Made by a program: the position numbers and the translations under genes. Below are positions 13,268 through 25,130 of a stretch of DNA of 64,000 nt, in pieces (within the stretch, counting starts at the first letter, position 1; every line of letters starts with the position of its first letter). This stretch comes from Octopus sinensis (taxonomy: Eukaryota): positions 4,959,360 to 5,023,359 of the forward strand of contig NC_043019.1 in assembly GCF_006345805.1 (NCBI RefSeq), given 5' to 3'. The notes under the pieces were generated by a model. That model saw nothing but the letters and a program-made list of their open reading frames with translations. It had not been told where the DNA came from and did not search any database.

Positions 13268-14130
13268 GAGAGTATGATAGAAGGCTAACTCTTCTTTCCG
13301 TAGAAGAAAAAATTCAAATCAGGCCATGTTAACTCCAAAAATTATTTACATCAAAAAGGTGCCTTTTTTCTATGAAAATCCCTATTTTTTACGATGTTTT
13401 GACTGCTGTGTCGCCATTTTTCGGTGTATTTCACTTAAAGAGAATAACAAGCTACATACTGCCAAATTTTTACTTTTCAAAAATTCCAATTCTAAAGGGT
13501 CTAAACAAACCGCAACACCGGGCGATACTGCTAGTATATATATATGTGTGTGTGTGTGTGTAATTAATAATATCAGGGTAATAAAGATTTTAGAAATTTT
13601 TACTACCTGTGGCCTAGCGTGTAGAAAAATTTAGTCAATAGACTATTATTCATATAAATACAGTGTACATTTAAACACATAAGAGGTATCCGTCAAAGGA
13701 TTCCTTTCATGCTAGAAGGAACAGCTAAAGTCCAAACCACTATTAGGAATAAAAAAAACTCGAAGGGAATGAAAAATAAAAAAAACATTTACCATCTGGA
13801 AAATTGTTCGAAGAAATGCCAGTACCTTCTTGCTGCCAACAAAAGACTGCACTTGCGAGGCAGATTTGAAAATATATAATGTATAAGCAAGAGGCACAAG
13901 CTGGATTTGCCTCGTACTTATATGTTTAATCTAGGCATACCTGTTGATGAAGACTTCGCCTAGCAAATTATTTTATTTTATTTGCTAAAAAAAGTCAGAA
14001 ACCATGGTCCAGGAAATAGATGATAAATGTTTTTATTTTTCATTCCCTTCGAGTTTTTATCCCTAATAGTTGTTTGGACTTTAACTGTTCCTTCTAGCGT
14101 GAAAGGAATCCTATGTTTAAATGTACACTG

Positions 14131-14166
<36 letters not shown>

Positions 14167-14180
14167 CACATACATATATA
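12240..14180. repeat. Tandem duplication of about 950 bp bounded by (TA)n tracts
   Basis: Units begin gagagtatgatagaagg at about 12317 and 13268; a few substitutions between copies. Confidence 0.93.
12708..13175. mobile_element. Tc1/mariner-type MITE with long TIRs (second copy 13661-14130)
   Basis: TA|CAGTGTACATTTAAACA ... TGTTTAAATGTACACTG|TA (perfect in the second copy); related end near 40030. Confidence 0.75.
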
Positions 14181-14589
14181 TATACATACACATATATATT
14201 CCCTTTGATGAGTGCAGGGTTACATAATCGGACTATTACCTAACACTATTGAATCCCTGGTGAAAACTATTTGGTAAGGTCAGCTGTAATAGATATATAA
14301 TTCTGTGCACTTCGATTAATAAATATATATAGAGAGAGAGAGACCAAAAGGCTGTATATATATATATATATATATTTGTTGAAATGGAAAGATGAATTTT
14401 CTTGTTACGGATTATTCAAAAGTTTAACCGATACCTGGGTGGCAAAAATCACAGCAGAAAAAACACGGTTGGAGATAAGACCATATGGTGTTGCCACCGT
14501 GCGTTGGTGCGGATAATTGAAGTTTAATATTATTAGTGAATGGAAGAAATGGAGTTGAACGAAGATTGTACAGAATTCCTTTTATTACA

Positions 14590-14669
14590 TTCTACACATG
14601 TTTCAAAGGCCACAATTTTCCAAATTCTGATTAAATAAGGATTCCATATTGCAGCTTTCTCTTCAGGAA
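14590..14669 (-). ncRNA. Degenerate type I hammerhead ribozyme motif (antisense arm)
   Basis: Reverse complement of the 16132-16211 motif. Confidence 0.5.
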
Positions 14670-16131
14670 AAACCAGGAATTACGTTGTCAGAACAAAACA
14701 AAACAGAGGCGCAGCAAAGCAATTCGAACGAGGACGCTCCTAAAGAGCCCATGGGTGGGGGCCGACAAAAGGTCCGTTGGAATAAATCCAGGTCAGGCCG
14801 CGGTCAAATCTAGTAGGTGAGGAATTAATGAGAACAAGGGGTGTGGAGATGTTCTGTGTGACCAAAACTAATGTTCTGAATATTTCAAGAATACAGGTTG
14901 TATTTTTTAGGTGTGAGACAAAACCTACCTAAAAGCATGTATGTGTATACTAGCCTATGTGTGCGCCGCCGTATGTTGGCGAGGGGTGCTAGATAATGAG
15001 CACTGCTGAAAAAACCTGTCAGGCGGCTGAAATAATTCTGTGTTCGTCTGTGGCCTGCTTGTCTAAAAATTATCATCGTCAAAGCATCAGGAGGGTATAT
15101 AATTCCAGCGTTTGCTTCTAAAAAACCGACCAATCGCCTAAGGGGAGTAATTTCCCCTTGCAAGAGTTATTCAGAGATTTTTTAAAAAGTTTTTTCAAAA
15201 ATGATTTCCAAAAGTTATTTTCATTTTAATAGGGTAACAAGGTGTTAATTGTCTTAGGTATCATTTATATGTAAGATAAGTATGACGCCGCCAATGGGGA
15301 CATCGAAAAGCCGTCTGTAAAAGCCCGTTTACCAAACAGCCTCTGGCGAACAATATGTGGAAAAACTCAGAGGTGTAATCTTTGTAACTCTGAGTTTTTC
15401 CACATATTGTTCGCCAGAGGCTGTTTGGTAAACGGGCTTTTGCAGACGGCTTTTCGATGTCCCCATTGGCGGCGTCATACTTATCTTACATATAAATGAT
15501 ACCTAAGACAATTAACACCTTGTTACCCTATTAAAATGAAAATAATTTTTGGAAATAATTTTTGAAAAAACTTTTTAAAAAATCTCTGAATAACTCTTGC
15601 AAGGGGAAATTACTCCCCTTAGGCGATTGGTCGGTTTTTTAGAAGCAAACGCTGGAATTATATATACCCTTATGATTCTTTGACGATGATAATTTTTAGA
15701 CAAGCAGGCCACAGACGAACACAGAATTATTTCAGCCGCCTGACAGGTTTTTTCAGCAGTGCTCATTATCTAGCACCCCTCGCCAACATATGGCGGCGCA
15801 CACATAGGCTAGTATACACATACATGCTTTTAGGTAGGTTTTGTCTCGCACCTAAAAAATACTCCCTGTATTCTTGAAATATTCAGAACATTAGTTTTGG
15901 TCACACAGAACATCTCCACACCCCTTGTTCTCATTAATTCCTCACCTACTAGATTTGACCGCGGCCTGACCTGGATTTATTCCAACGGACCTTTTGTCGG
16001 CCCCCACCAACCCCCCGATTTCAACGTGCATTGATAAACAGTTTACCCATGGGCTCTTAAGGAGCGTCCTCATTCGAATTGCTTTGCTGCGCCTCTGTTT
16101 TGTTTTGTTCTGACAACGTAATTCCTGGTTT

Positions 16132-16211
16132 TTCCTGAAGAGAAAGCTGCAATATGGTATCCTTATTTAATCAGAATTTGGAAAATTGTGGCCTTTGAAA
16201 CATGTGTAGAA
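16132..16211 (+). ncRNA. Degenerate type I hammerhead ribozyme motif
   Basis: ttc-CTGAAGA-gaaag...cttt-GAAA-catgtg-TA-gaa; core intact, stem I only 3 bp, stem II imperfect. Confidence 0.55.
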
Positions 16212-16265
16212 TGTAATAAAAGGAATTCTGTACAATCTTCGTTCAACTCCATTTCTTCCATTCAC

Positions 16266-16296
<31 letters not shown>

Positions 16297-17030
16297 TTAA
16301 AATTTATAAGTTTAATTTATTAATTTAAATACTTTTTTAAAATTTTAACTTTAATTTAAATATTTTAATTAGATTTTTGTATTTTATATTTTTTATATAT
16401 TTATTAATTAATTTTATTTCTATGTATTGGCTTATGATTTTCACTGTTTAATTTGCCTAATAGTGGTTTTATCTCTAATTTAATATAATATATATTTATA
16501 CTATAAAATTAGATTTAATCCTAAATCTAATTTTTGCCTGTAAGTTTGGATTTACTCCCTAATATTTTATTATTATATATATATATATATATATATATAA
16601 GCACACATACATAAGGTACTTATGTGTTCTTTGGACATTTGCCCAGCAAACCCAGTCCCCAAAATATGCTACATATATTAGTACTACTGCCAGAACTAGC
16701 CTTTCACATCAACCCTACAGTATCATTCTAAAGATAAACAATCATATCATTGGAATCTTGAAGTGACATGATATTGCATAAATAATTCAAAACAATGTGA
16801 ATAAATATTCGTTACACTTAACAAAATAGTGTGAATGCTAAAGGGTTAAGGGGTCGTATTTACCTTACACCAACTTCTCCTCCTTAACACCATATAATAA
16901 TCCCCCTAGCCACATCCTTTGAGATCATTATATCGTGATTTCCCTGATCCCCTTATTTCTTGACCCTTCTTTCAGTTTTCTTTTGCCCTCCTTCTCCTTT
17001 TAACCCGTATCTTTTTTGGTTCTTCTGCAG

Positions 17031-17119
17031 GCTGGCTATGATATCAACCAAGCCCTTGTTCTCTGTCAGATGCACAACTTTACTGCTGGTATACTCTACC
17101 TTTACGAAAAGGCTGAGCT
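17031..17119 (+). CDS. VPS11: VPS11 exon: AGYDINQALVLCQMHNFTAGILYLYEKAEL
   Basis: ttctgcag acceptor, gtatgt donor, phase 0/2; matches human DKALVLCQMHDFQDGVLYLYEQGKL. Confidence 0.96.
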
Positions 17120-17533
17120 GTATGTATTACATGTGTCTTTTACTACAATTTCTCTCTCTCCCTGTATATATATATATATATATATGGAAAAAATAGTCAG
17201 GATAGAAAATGCTAAAATTATTTTATAAAAAACATTTCAGTACTGGTTTCAGTCATTGAGACTTTTCAACTGTAACAATTAAATAATTAAATTAGGGAGA
17301 CAGAGACAGGCAGAAACAAGGAAAATGCCCCTTGTATATAAACACTATACAAATATTCTTTTAAAAAAAACTTTTCTTTTAATTTTTCTAAATTTAATTA
17401 TTTAATTGCTACAGTTGAAAAAGTCTCAAATGTCCGAAACCGGTACTGAAATGTTCTTTATAAAATTATTTTAGCATTTTCTCTCTTGACTATTTTTTCC
17501 ATATATATCAACTCGTGTGTCCCTTTTCATCCT

Positions 17534-17564
<31 letters not shown>

Positions 17565-17721
17565 GTGCAAATATATAAAATGTGTATATATGCAATGTAA
17601 AACCAAAAAGGAAAAATTCAATTGTATTCACTATACTATGTACCCATTTAGATAATGGCCATTGTGTATGTATGTATGTGTGTTTATGTGTGTGTCTATA
17701 TATGTTTATGTGTATATATAT

Positions 17722-18046
17722 ATCATCATCATTTAACGTCCGCTTTCCATGCTAGCATGGGTTGGACGGTTCAACTGGGGTCTGGGGAGCCCGAAAGCTG
17801 CACCAGTCCAGTCAGATCTGGCAGTGTTTCTACAGCTGGATGCCCTTCCTAACACCAACCACTCCGAGAGTGTAGTGGGTGCTTTTATGTGCCACCGACA
17901 CAGGTGCCAGACGAGGCTGGCAAACGGCCACGCTCGGATGGTGTTTTTTATGTGCCACCGACACAGGTGCCAGACGAGGCTGGCAGACGGCCACGCTCGG
18001 ATGGTGTTTTTATGTGCCACCGACACAGGTGCCAGACGAGGCTGGC
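17722..18046 (-). mobile_element. SINE family C with internal roughly 60-bp repeats
   Basis: (CAT)n end plus repeated gccaccgacacaggtgccagacgaggc units. Confidence 0.8.
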
Positions 18047-18999
18047 GTGCACACACACACACACATACATGCAGATGTGGTCTCAAGTTCAGTTCCATAG
18101 TACAGCACCTCGGGCAACTATAACCTTGGGCCAACCAAAGCCTTGTGTGTGCATTTGGTAGACAGAAACTGAAAGAAGCCCATTGAAGATATATATATGC
18201 ATATATTTATGTGTGTGTCTGTGTTTGTACCCCCACTATTGCTTGACAATATTGACTATTGCTGGTGTGTTTATATCCCCAAAACTTAGTGGTTCAGCAA
18301 AAGAGCCCAATAGAATAAGTACTAGGCTTACAAAGAATAAGTCCTGGGGTCGATTTCTTCAATTAAAACCCTTTAAGGTGGTGCTCCAGCTTGGCTGCAG
18401 CCAAATGACTGAAACAACTAAAAGAAAAAGAAAATTCTAATACCACAACAAATTGTTTGGTAACTTAAAAACACAAATGATTTATTTTATTATATTTAAC
18501 GAAGACAGTTTTTCACCTGAAGATGTAAAATCCTTAAAAATGTTTTAGCCCAAAGGCTTCGGCCATGCTGGGGCACCACTGCTGAAAAGAAAGCTTTCCT
18601 ATCTGCGTGGGAGTCGAACCCACATCCCTTTGTTCATGCAACTAAGTGTACTACTGTTACACCAGCAAATCAGCCTGTAACTTAAATTCTGCATAATTTT
18701 GAAGGATTTCTTGCATTTTGCATTAATGCAGACATGAAAGTAATTTATTTATTATTAAATATAATAATATAAATTATTTACATGTTTTAAGCTACGAAAC
18801 AATTTGTCATGATACTAGAATTTTCTTATTGTTAAATAAAATTCCATGAAACTATTTCTCTGTCATTTATAACTTTATGCATATATATATAGTATATATA
18901 TTCTATGTTTTGTAGAATGATACATTAAGGAGCATTTTTTTTATGAGTACTGCCAGATTAGTTGAATCCATATATTGTGACTTAGATTTATATATATAC

Positions 19000-19230
19000 G
19001 AGCAGCGAGCTGGCAGAAACGTTAGCACGCCGGGCGAAATGTGTAGCCGTATTTCGTCTGTCGTTACATTCCGAGTTCAAATTCCGCCAAGGTCGACTTT
19101 GCCTATCATCCTTTCGGGGTCAATAAATTAATTATCAGTTACGCACTAGGGTCGATGTAATCGACTTAATCCCTTTGTCTGTCCTTGTTTGTCGCCTCTG
19201 TGTTTAGCCCCTTGTGGGTAGTAAAGAAAT
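19000..19230 (+). mobile_element. tRNA-derived SINE family B
   Basis: gcgagctggcagaaacgttagc...gagttcaaattcc...tagtaaagaaata. Other copies at about 7155, 24230(-), 26762-27210(- two in tandem), 31524(-), 44975(-), 45207, 49490, 49790, 52048. Confidence 0.88.
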
Positions 19231-19686
19231 ATATATATGAGCAAAATGCCCCCATGTCCAATGGATGTTGCTATGTTGTCAAACATTTAAACCAAATTTT
19301 CTCAAAACAACTTGTCCGACCGTCCCATAGATTTAACCTAAATTTGAGACACCAGCAAAAGAACAAATAAAGATAGACTTTTTTTTCTATTCCAAAGAAA
19401 AACGGTTTCCCACGGCTTTATCGATCGCATTCTTACCTGGAATCGATTTTTGTAATTTTTTCAAATTTATACAAGCCTGATACCGTCAGTATCTACATAT
19501 CAAATTTGTGCGCAATCAGATGGAGGATGCCTGAGATCCAAGAACAAACACACACACACACACATACACATACATAGAACAGATTTTATATAAGAGATAT
19601 ATGTGTGTGTGTGTGTGTGTGTGTAGATTACTATTTTTAGTGTGTTATGATGTTCCTATTGACAGCATTGTAATATTTTTTTGCAG

Positions 19687-19761
19687 TTATGAACAAATTC
19701 TACGCTATCACATGGACCATGATGAATATGGACAGGTTATTAACACATGTAAACGGTTTGG
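19687..19761 (+). CDS. VPS11: VPS11 exon: (L)YEQILRYHMDHDEYGQVINTCKRF(G)
   Basis: ttgcag acceptor, gtaagt donor, phase 2/2. Confidence 0.96.
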
Positions 19762-20059
19762 GTAAGTACAAATTTATAATTTTTCTACTGCTGAGAAGAT
19801 TCTCAGTTGAAGGTGGGTAAATATGAATGTCTTATTGCCACACATCCACAACATGGGTGATACATGTTATTGTCATGTATATATCATCATTATTATCATC
19901 ATCATCATTTAATGTCCGTTTTCCATGCTGATATGGGTTGGATGGTTTGGCAAGAGCTGGCAAGCCAAAGGGCTGCACCAGGATCCAATAGTCTGTTTTG
20001 GCTTGGTTTCTACAGCTGGATGCCCTTCCTAATGCCAACCACTTAACAGAGTGTGCCAT

Positions 20060-20580
20060 GGAGGCTTCAACACCTGGAAATGTGGTGTTGTGCATCGAGA
20101 ATTTGTCCCCTCCAGGGCCAGATCATCAATCAACAGTTCTACTGCAATCTCTTTGAAGTGTTTGAGGAAGGACATTTGGCAAAAGGGACCAGATCTGTGG
20201 AACATGAAGAATTGGGTTCTTCACCAAGCTCTCTTCACTCATGAGTTTCTCACCAAATCAACAAGGTACCACTTCCGCATCCACCCTATTCACACCAAAT
20301 TTAGCACCTGTGGACTTTCATCTCTTCCCCCAAGATGAAAATGTAGCTAAAGGTCGCTATTTTAACACCATTGTTGAGATCCGAAGCAAATCACAGGTCT
20401 TTGACTCACTTACAGAAAATGACTTTCAGGCCAGATTCCAAACCTGGCAGTAATGCTGGGACTGGTGTATTGCTGTGCAAGGTAACTATTTTGAAGGAGA
20501 TGACGTTAAAACTTAGGTGTATAAGTTTATTTTTTTTATTAAACGTAACTAGTCCTAAAGCTTTTTGATCCACCTTCGTC
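20060..20580 (+). mobile_element. mariner (DD34D) transposase 3' relic
   Basis: Frameshifted GVVHREFVP.GQ.INQQFY and HPPYS.PNLAPVDFHLFP motifs; TIR-like end ctttttgatccacc. Confidence 0.8.
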
Positions 20581-20753
20581 ATCATCATCATCATTATCAG
20601 TATCGTTTAACGTCCATTTTCCATGGTGGCATGGGTTGGACGGTAAAAATACTAACAATATAGGATGAAATCCCTTTCTCTACAGAAAAGGAATCCATCA
20701 GGAAGCGTGGCAGTGTATTAAAAAAACCTTTACGGTTGAAGTATAAACATCAT

Positions 20754-21202
20754 ATAATTAAGGGCTAAAGAAGGTTATTCAATAGCCAATGCACTGATTT
20801 ATCCACTTATAATCCACTTGCTACAGGAAAATTGAACTGAAAGCGGGCAACTAACCTTTAGAAAATTTAAATTTCGTTATCTCTATATTGAATCAATTTC
20901 GGAATTAATCTTATTTTTAGATATAAGTGATGTACTCAAGTGTAGTTATGTTTTTAGCTTGTGCTTTTTCCATGATCACACGTGAGTATTTTATTTATAT
21001 CCCATCGAAAGCTCTACTGAAGAAAGAATATATCTTTTTATAAGATTAATTCCGAAATTGATTCAATATAGAGATAACGAAATTTTAATTTTCTAAAGGT
21101 TAGTTGCCTGTTTTCAGTTTCAATTTTCCTGTAACAAGTGGATTATAAGTGGATAAATCAGTGTATTGGCTTTAGAATAACCCTCTTTAGCCCTTAATTA
21201 TA
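20754..21202. repeat. Fold-back element (about 160-bp arms, about 125-bp spacer)
   Basis: 20754-20914 is the reverse complement of 21040-21202. Confidence 0.9.
21012..21073 (+). ncRNA. Minimal type I hammerhead ribozyme motif
   Basis: CTCTA-CTGAAGA-a.gaat...attc.c-GAAA-TTGATTCAA-TA-TAGAG; 5-bp stem I, palindromic stem III, AUA cleavage triplet, A-C mismatch at the base of stem II. Confidence 0.7.
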
Positions 21203-21277
21203 AGATATAAATATATGCATATGCATGTATATCTGTTATATATATCTATTATATATATGCATGTATATCTGTTATAT

Positions 21278-21330
<53 letters not shown>

Positions 21331-21432
21331 GTATGTATATCTGTTTTATACATTAAGTTAAATTCAACATTATCAGCATTATCCTGTGTTTGATAAAATT
21401 CTTATCTATCTATCTATATTGTGTATATATAT

Positions 21433-21463
<31 letters not shown>

Positions 21464-21686
21464 ATATATAGTTTATATAAGTTATATAAGTTTCATCAGA
21501 ATCGGTTGAAAGCCGTGGTCAGAGTGAGGGTACAAGCAAACAGACACACAGAAACACGCACAGACAAACTGCCATTATATAGAGAGAGATAACAGATATA
21601 CATACAAATAAATATATATATATATATATCATCATCGTCGTCGTGATGATATATATATATATATTTATTTGTATGTATATCTGTTA

Positions 21687-22073
21687 TCTCTCTCTATATA
21701 AATGGCAGTTTGTCTGTGCGTGTTTCTGTGTGTCTGTTTGCTTGTACCCTCACTCTGACCACGGCTTTCAACCGATTCTGATGAAACTTGACACACACAT
21801 AGCCCAATGTCATAATTCAAAACTAACGCAGCGAAAATTTTGAAAAGTTCCCCCAGTTCTGAAAAAAATCGATAAATTCGACATGGGGTCGAGAATCAAA
21901 AAAAATAAACCACAGACTGTCTAGGGGACGCAACTCAACCTTTTTTTACTCTCAAAAAAAAATTTACCATCATTTTTTTTCCATTTTTTTGCTATTTTTT
22001 GGCTATAACTCTCTAAAAATGCTTTATAGTTATTTCCCTTACAAACCTGAGCAACGCCGGGCGATACTGCTAG
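21687..22073 (+). mobile_element. Non-autonomous Helitron-like element, family 3, with an inverted partial copy of its 5' end at about 21485-21590
   Basis: TC start, subterminal gcaacgccgggcgatactgc, CTAG|T end. Confidence 0.75.
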
Positions 22074-22213
22074 TATATATATATATGTGTGTGTGTATAT
22101 CTGGGAGTGTGTCACTGTGTATTAACTATGTGTTTCCCAGTTTGTAAAAACCCACTGTTGTATCGAAAATTCAATAAATATAGCTTGATTCTTTTTTTTT
22201 TCTTTCTTTCCAG

Positions 22214-22305
22214 AATTCAAGAACCAAATCTCTGGGTTCAGTCCTTGTCGTATTTTGCAATGAAAGAAGACAACTGTAAAACTTTCCTCATGGAAGTTCT
22301 TTCTC
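22214..22305 (+). CDS. VPS11: VPS11 exon: (G)IQEPNLWVQSLSYFAMKEDNCKTFLMEVLS(H)
   Basis: ttccag acceptor; ends at U12-type donor ATATCCTTT; matches human EQDPSLWEQALSYFARKEEDCKEYVAAVLKH. Confidence 0.95.
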
Positions 22306-22534
22306 ATATCCTTTGCAGATTTCATGCCTTTAATAAGTGTTTTTATTTGACACCGTCAGAAATGTGCAGAAGCATGTTTCCCTGTTGATAGCAGACTACA
22401 GCTGCTTTGGGGATGAGGATAATGCAGAGGGAGGCCAATATGCTTTATGAGACACAGTGGCTGTGAGGTATGAAGGGTGGATTACTGGACACATAACCAG
22501 AAGTTCAAATTTTACTGCAACCACTATATATGCA

Positions 22535-23565
22535 GTTGCCATGATAGGTCGTTAGCCACTACACACATTTTTTCTCTCTCCTTGTTTCATTCTGTGTTCC
22601 TTTCTGTAGAAGAGCATAGGCTCAAAACGTAAAAGACTTTTTCTATTCCTGGGCGTTATACTAATACATCTGTTTGTTTTGTACACCACCTATCTTCGTC
22701 TTTTGTTTTTTTCATAAATTCTCCCTCTTTATATATATATATATATATTAACAATTGAGGATAAAATCTTTAAAAGAAATTATCAGTAGTCAGCGTGAAA
22801 AACCCCGTAAGAGAAAAAATCCGTAAATTCTTCCTCTTTGAAAATATTCATTTATATTATATTGAGGGTACTACTATTCGTAGATACCAACACGCTAAGA
22901 GGGACCAATGCGGTCAAAACTACTAAAAATAAACAAAATTTTACCGAATGCAAAACTTCAAAACACATCACTTTAAAAAAGAATTCAGTTACATATCACA
23001 TGTGATTTCGCATTTAATACAGAATATGCATTTCATGTTCATCAGTGCAACAAACTCAAGAAATATAAGAGAAAACATAACATATATATCATAACATATA
23101 TATATATATATACATATACTTGAGTGTATACCTGAGTATTTATTTAGTGTGTTTTCTATGTTTGTTTTCTTATCTCTCTCTCTCTTTCTCATACACACAC
23201 ACACACAGACAGACATGTGTAGGTTGAAACAATCGTAGTTAAATAACATAAAACTCTACATATGTATTTCATGCTTTGATTATTAAATCTGAAAGAAGTC
23301 TTTGATGAAACCTAATTGAACAGATAGCATCATCATCACTCTATCTATCTATCTATCTATCTATATCCATCTACTTCTATCTATAGGGAGAGTTTACGAA
23401 AAAAACAAAAGACGAAGACAGGTTGTGTATAAAACAAACGGATGTATTAGTATAACGCTCAGGAATAGAAAAAGTCTTTTACGTTTCGAGCCTACGCTCT
23501 TCTACAGAAAGGGACACAGAAAAAAAGTGTGTGTAGTGGCTAACGATCTATCATGGCAACTATAT

Positions 23566-23603
<38 letters not shown>

Positions 23604-23790
23604 GGGAGAGTTTACGAAAAAAAGACGAAGACAGGTGGTGTACAAAACAAACAGATGTATTAGTATAACGCTCAGTAATAGAAAAAGTCTTTTACGTTTC
23701 GAGCCTACGCTCTTCTACAGAAAGGGACACAGAAGGAAATAAGAAGTGAAAATAAAGAATGTGTAGTGGCTAACGATCTATCATGACGAC
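22535..23790. mobile_element. Three copies of a roughly 190-bp (TA)n-flanked element (22535-22730 +, 23383-23560 -, 23600-23790 -) carrying a hammerhead-like motif
   Basis: Shared sequence gagagtttacgaaaaaa...gtggctaacgatctatcatg. Confidence 0.85.
23476..23511 (-). ncRNA. Variant ultra-minimal hammerhead-like motif (also 23689-23724 -; mutated copy 22600-22635 +)
   Basis: CTTT-CTGTAGA-A-GAGC(GTAG)GCTC-GAAA-CG-TA-AAAG; stems I and II perfect, core A6 replaced by U plus one extra A. Confidence 0.45.
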
Positions 23791-24707
23791 TGCCAGACAG
23801 AAGGGTCTCTCTATCTATCTATCTATCTGCATCTGTTTATCTCTCTATCTATCTATCTATCTATCTGTATCTGTCTGTCTGTCTCTATTCAGTTTCTCAC
23901 CTGTTAATTGCCTTACTCACTTCCATCCTTTGTCTTATTTCAATTCTTCTCTCATACTGGATACATCACCATTTTCCTCATCTCCATTTCTCTCTCACCA
24001 TACAGCATCCAAGTACATCCACTTATCAACTTCTTTTGTTTTGAATATTCTATTTCATTGCCTTTTTTTGATATTAGAAACGTTCTTCCTGTATCATAGG
24101 ATGGAATATTTTGCAATCTTCCTCGCTTTGTTGGGTTAATACTTATAAAGCTTCACCGTTTACATTACATACTGGAAAGTAAATTATGTTGGCTGGACAT
24201 TTCCCTCTCCATGTTGCTAACTAATCTTTCTTATTTCTTTACTACCCACAAGGGGCTAAACACAGGGGGGACAAACAAGGACAGACGAACAGATTAAGTC
24301 GATTATATCAACCACAGTGTGTAACTGGTACTTATTTAATCGACCCTGAAAGGATAAAAGGCAAAGTCGACCTCGGCGGAATTTGAACTCAGAACGTAGC
24401 GGTAGACAAAATACCGCTAAGCATTTCGTCCGGCGTGCTAACGTTTCTGCCAGCTTGTCGCCTTGTTGCTAACTAATGTTGGCTATTTCGGGTTGTTTAG
24501 ACCTAGGCCACATTTGATTGAAGAAGACCTTTAATTAAATGCTTTCCAGCCACGACCATCCCATATTTTCTGTGAGAGAGTATATTGTCCAATATGTCCT
24601 ATTTTTAAGATTGTAGGCTCTGATCTGAGTGAGATTTGGCTGCTATTACTGGTAAGTTAAACGACTGCAGAGAGAAGCTCTCACTGATTTGGATTATCAG
24701 ATATTCT

Positions 24708-24928
24708 CTCTTTTACTTGTTTCTGTCATTTGACTGTGGCCATGCTGGAGCACTGCCTTTAGTCGAGCAAATCGACCCCAAAACTTACTCTTTGTAAGCC
24801 TAGTACTTGTTTTATCGGTCTATTTTGCCGAACCGCTAAGTTACAGGGACGTAAACACACCAGCATTAGTTGTCAAGCAATGTTGGGGGTACAAACACAG
24901 ACACACAAACATATACATACACACATAC

Positions 24929-24959
<31 letters not shown>

Positions 24960-25130
24960 CATACATATATACGACAGGCTTCTTTCAGTTTCCGTCTACC
25001 AAATCCACTCACAAGGCTTTGGTCAGCTCGTGGCTATAGTAGATAAATACTTGTCCAAGGTGCCATGCAGTGGGACTGAACCCGGAACCATGTGGTTGGT
25101 AAGCAAGCTACTTACCACACAGTCACTCCT
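24708..25130 (-). mobile_element. SINE family A
   Basis: Full copy. Further copies: 27508-27920(-), 37792-38158(+), 41946-42338(+), 45463-45872(-), 53588-53976(-), 59688-60080(-), 61143-61482(+), 63360-63780(-). Confidence 0.9.

Larger units (their letters stand above)
14533..16268. repeat. Large fold-back palindrome (about 840-bp arms, 15-nt spacer 15373-15387), Penelope-like
   Basis: Arms are reverse complements by eye (e.g. ttagtgaatggaagaaatgg / ccatttcttccattcactaa); right arm has an insertion near 16010-16047. Confidence 0.93.

Noticed and set aside
14200-14290. TTGATGA...GAAA hammerhead-like remnant
   Set aside because: C3 is missing and there is no NUH triplet or stem I complement.
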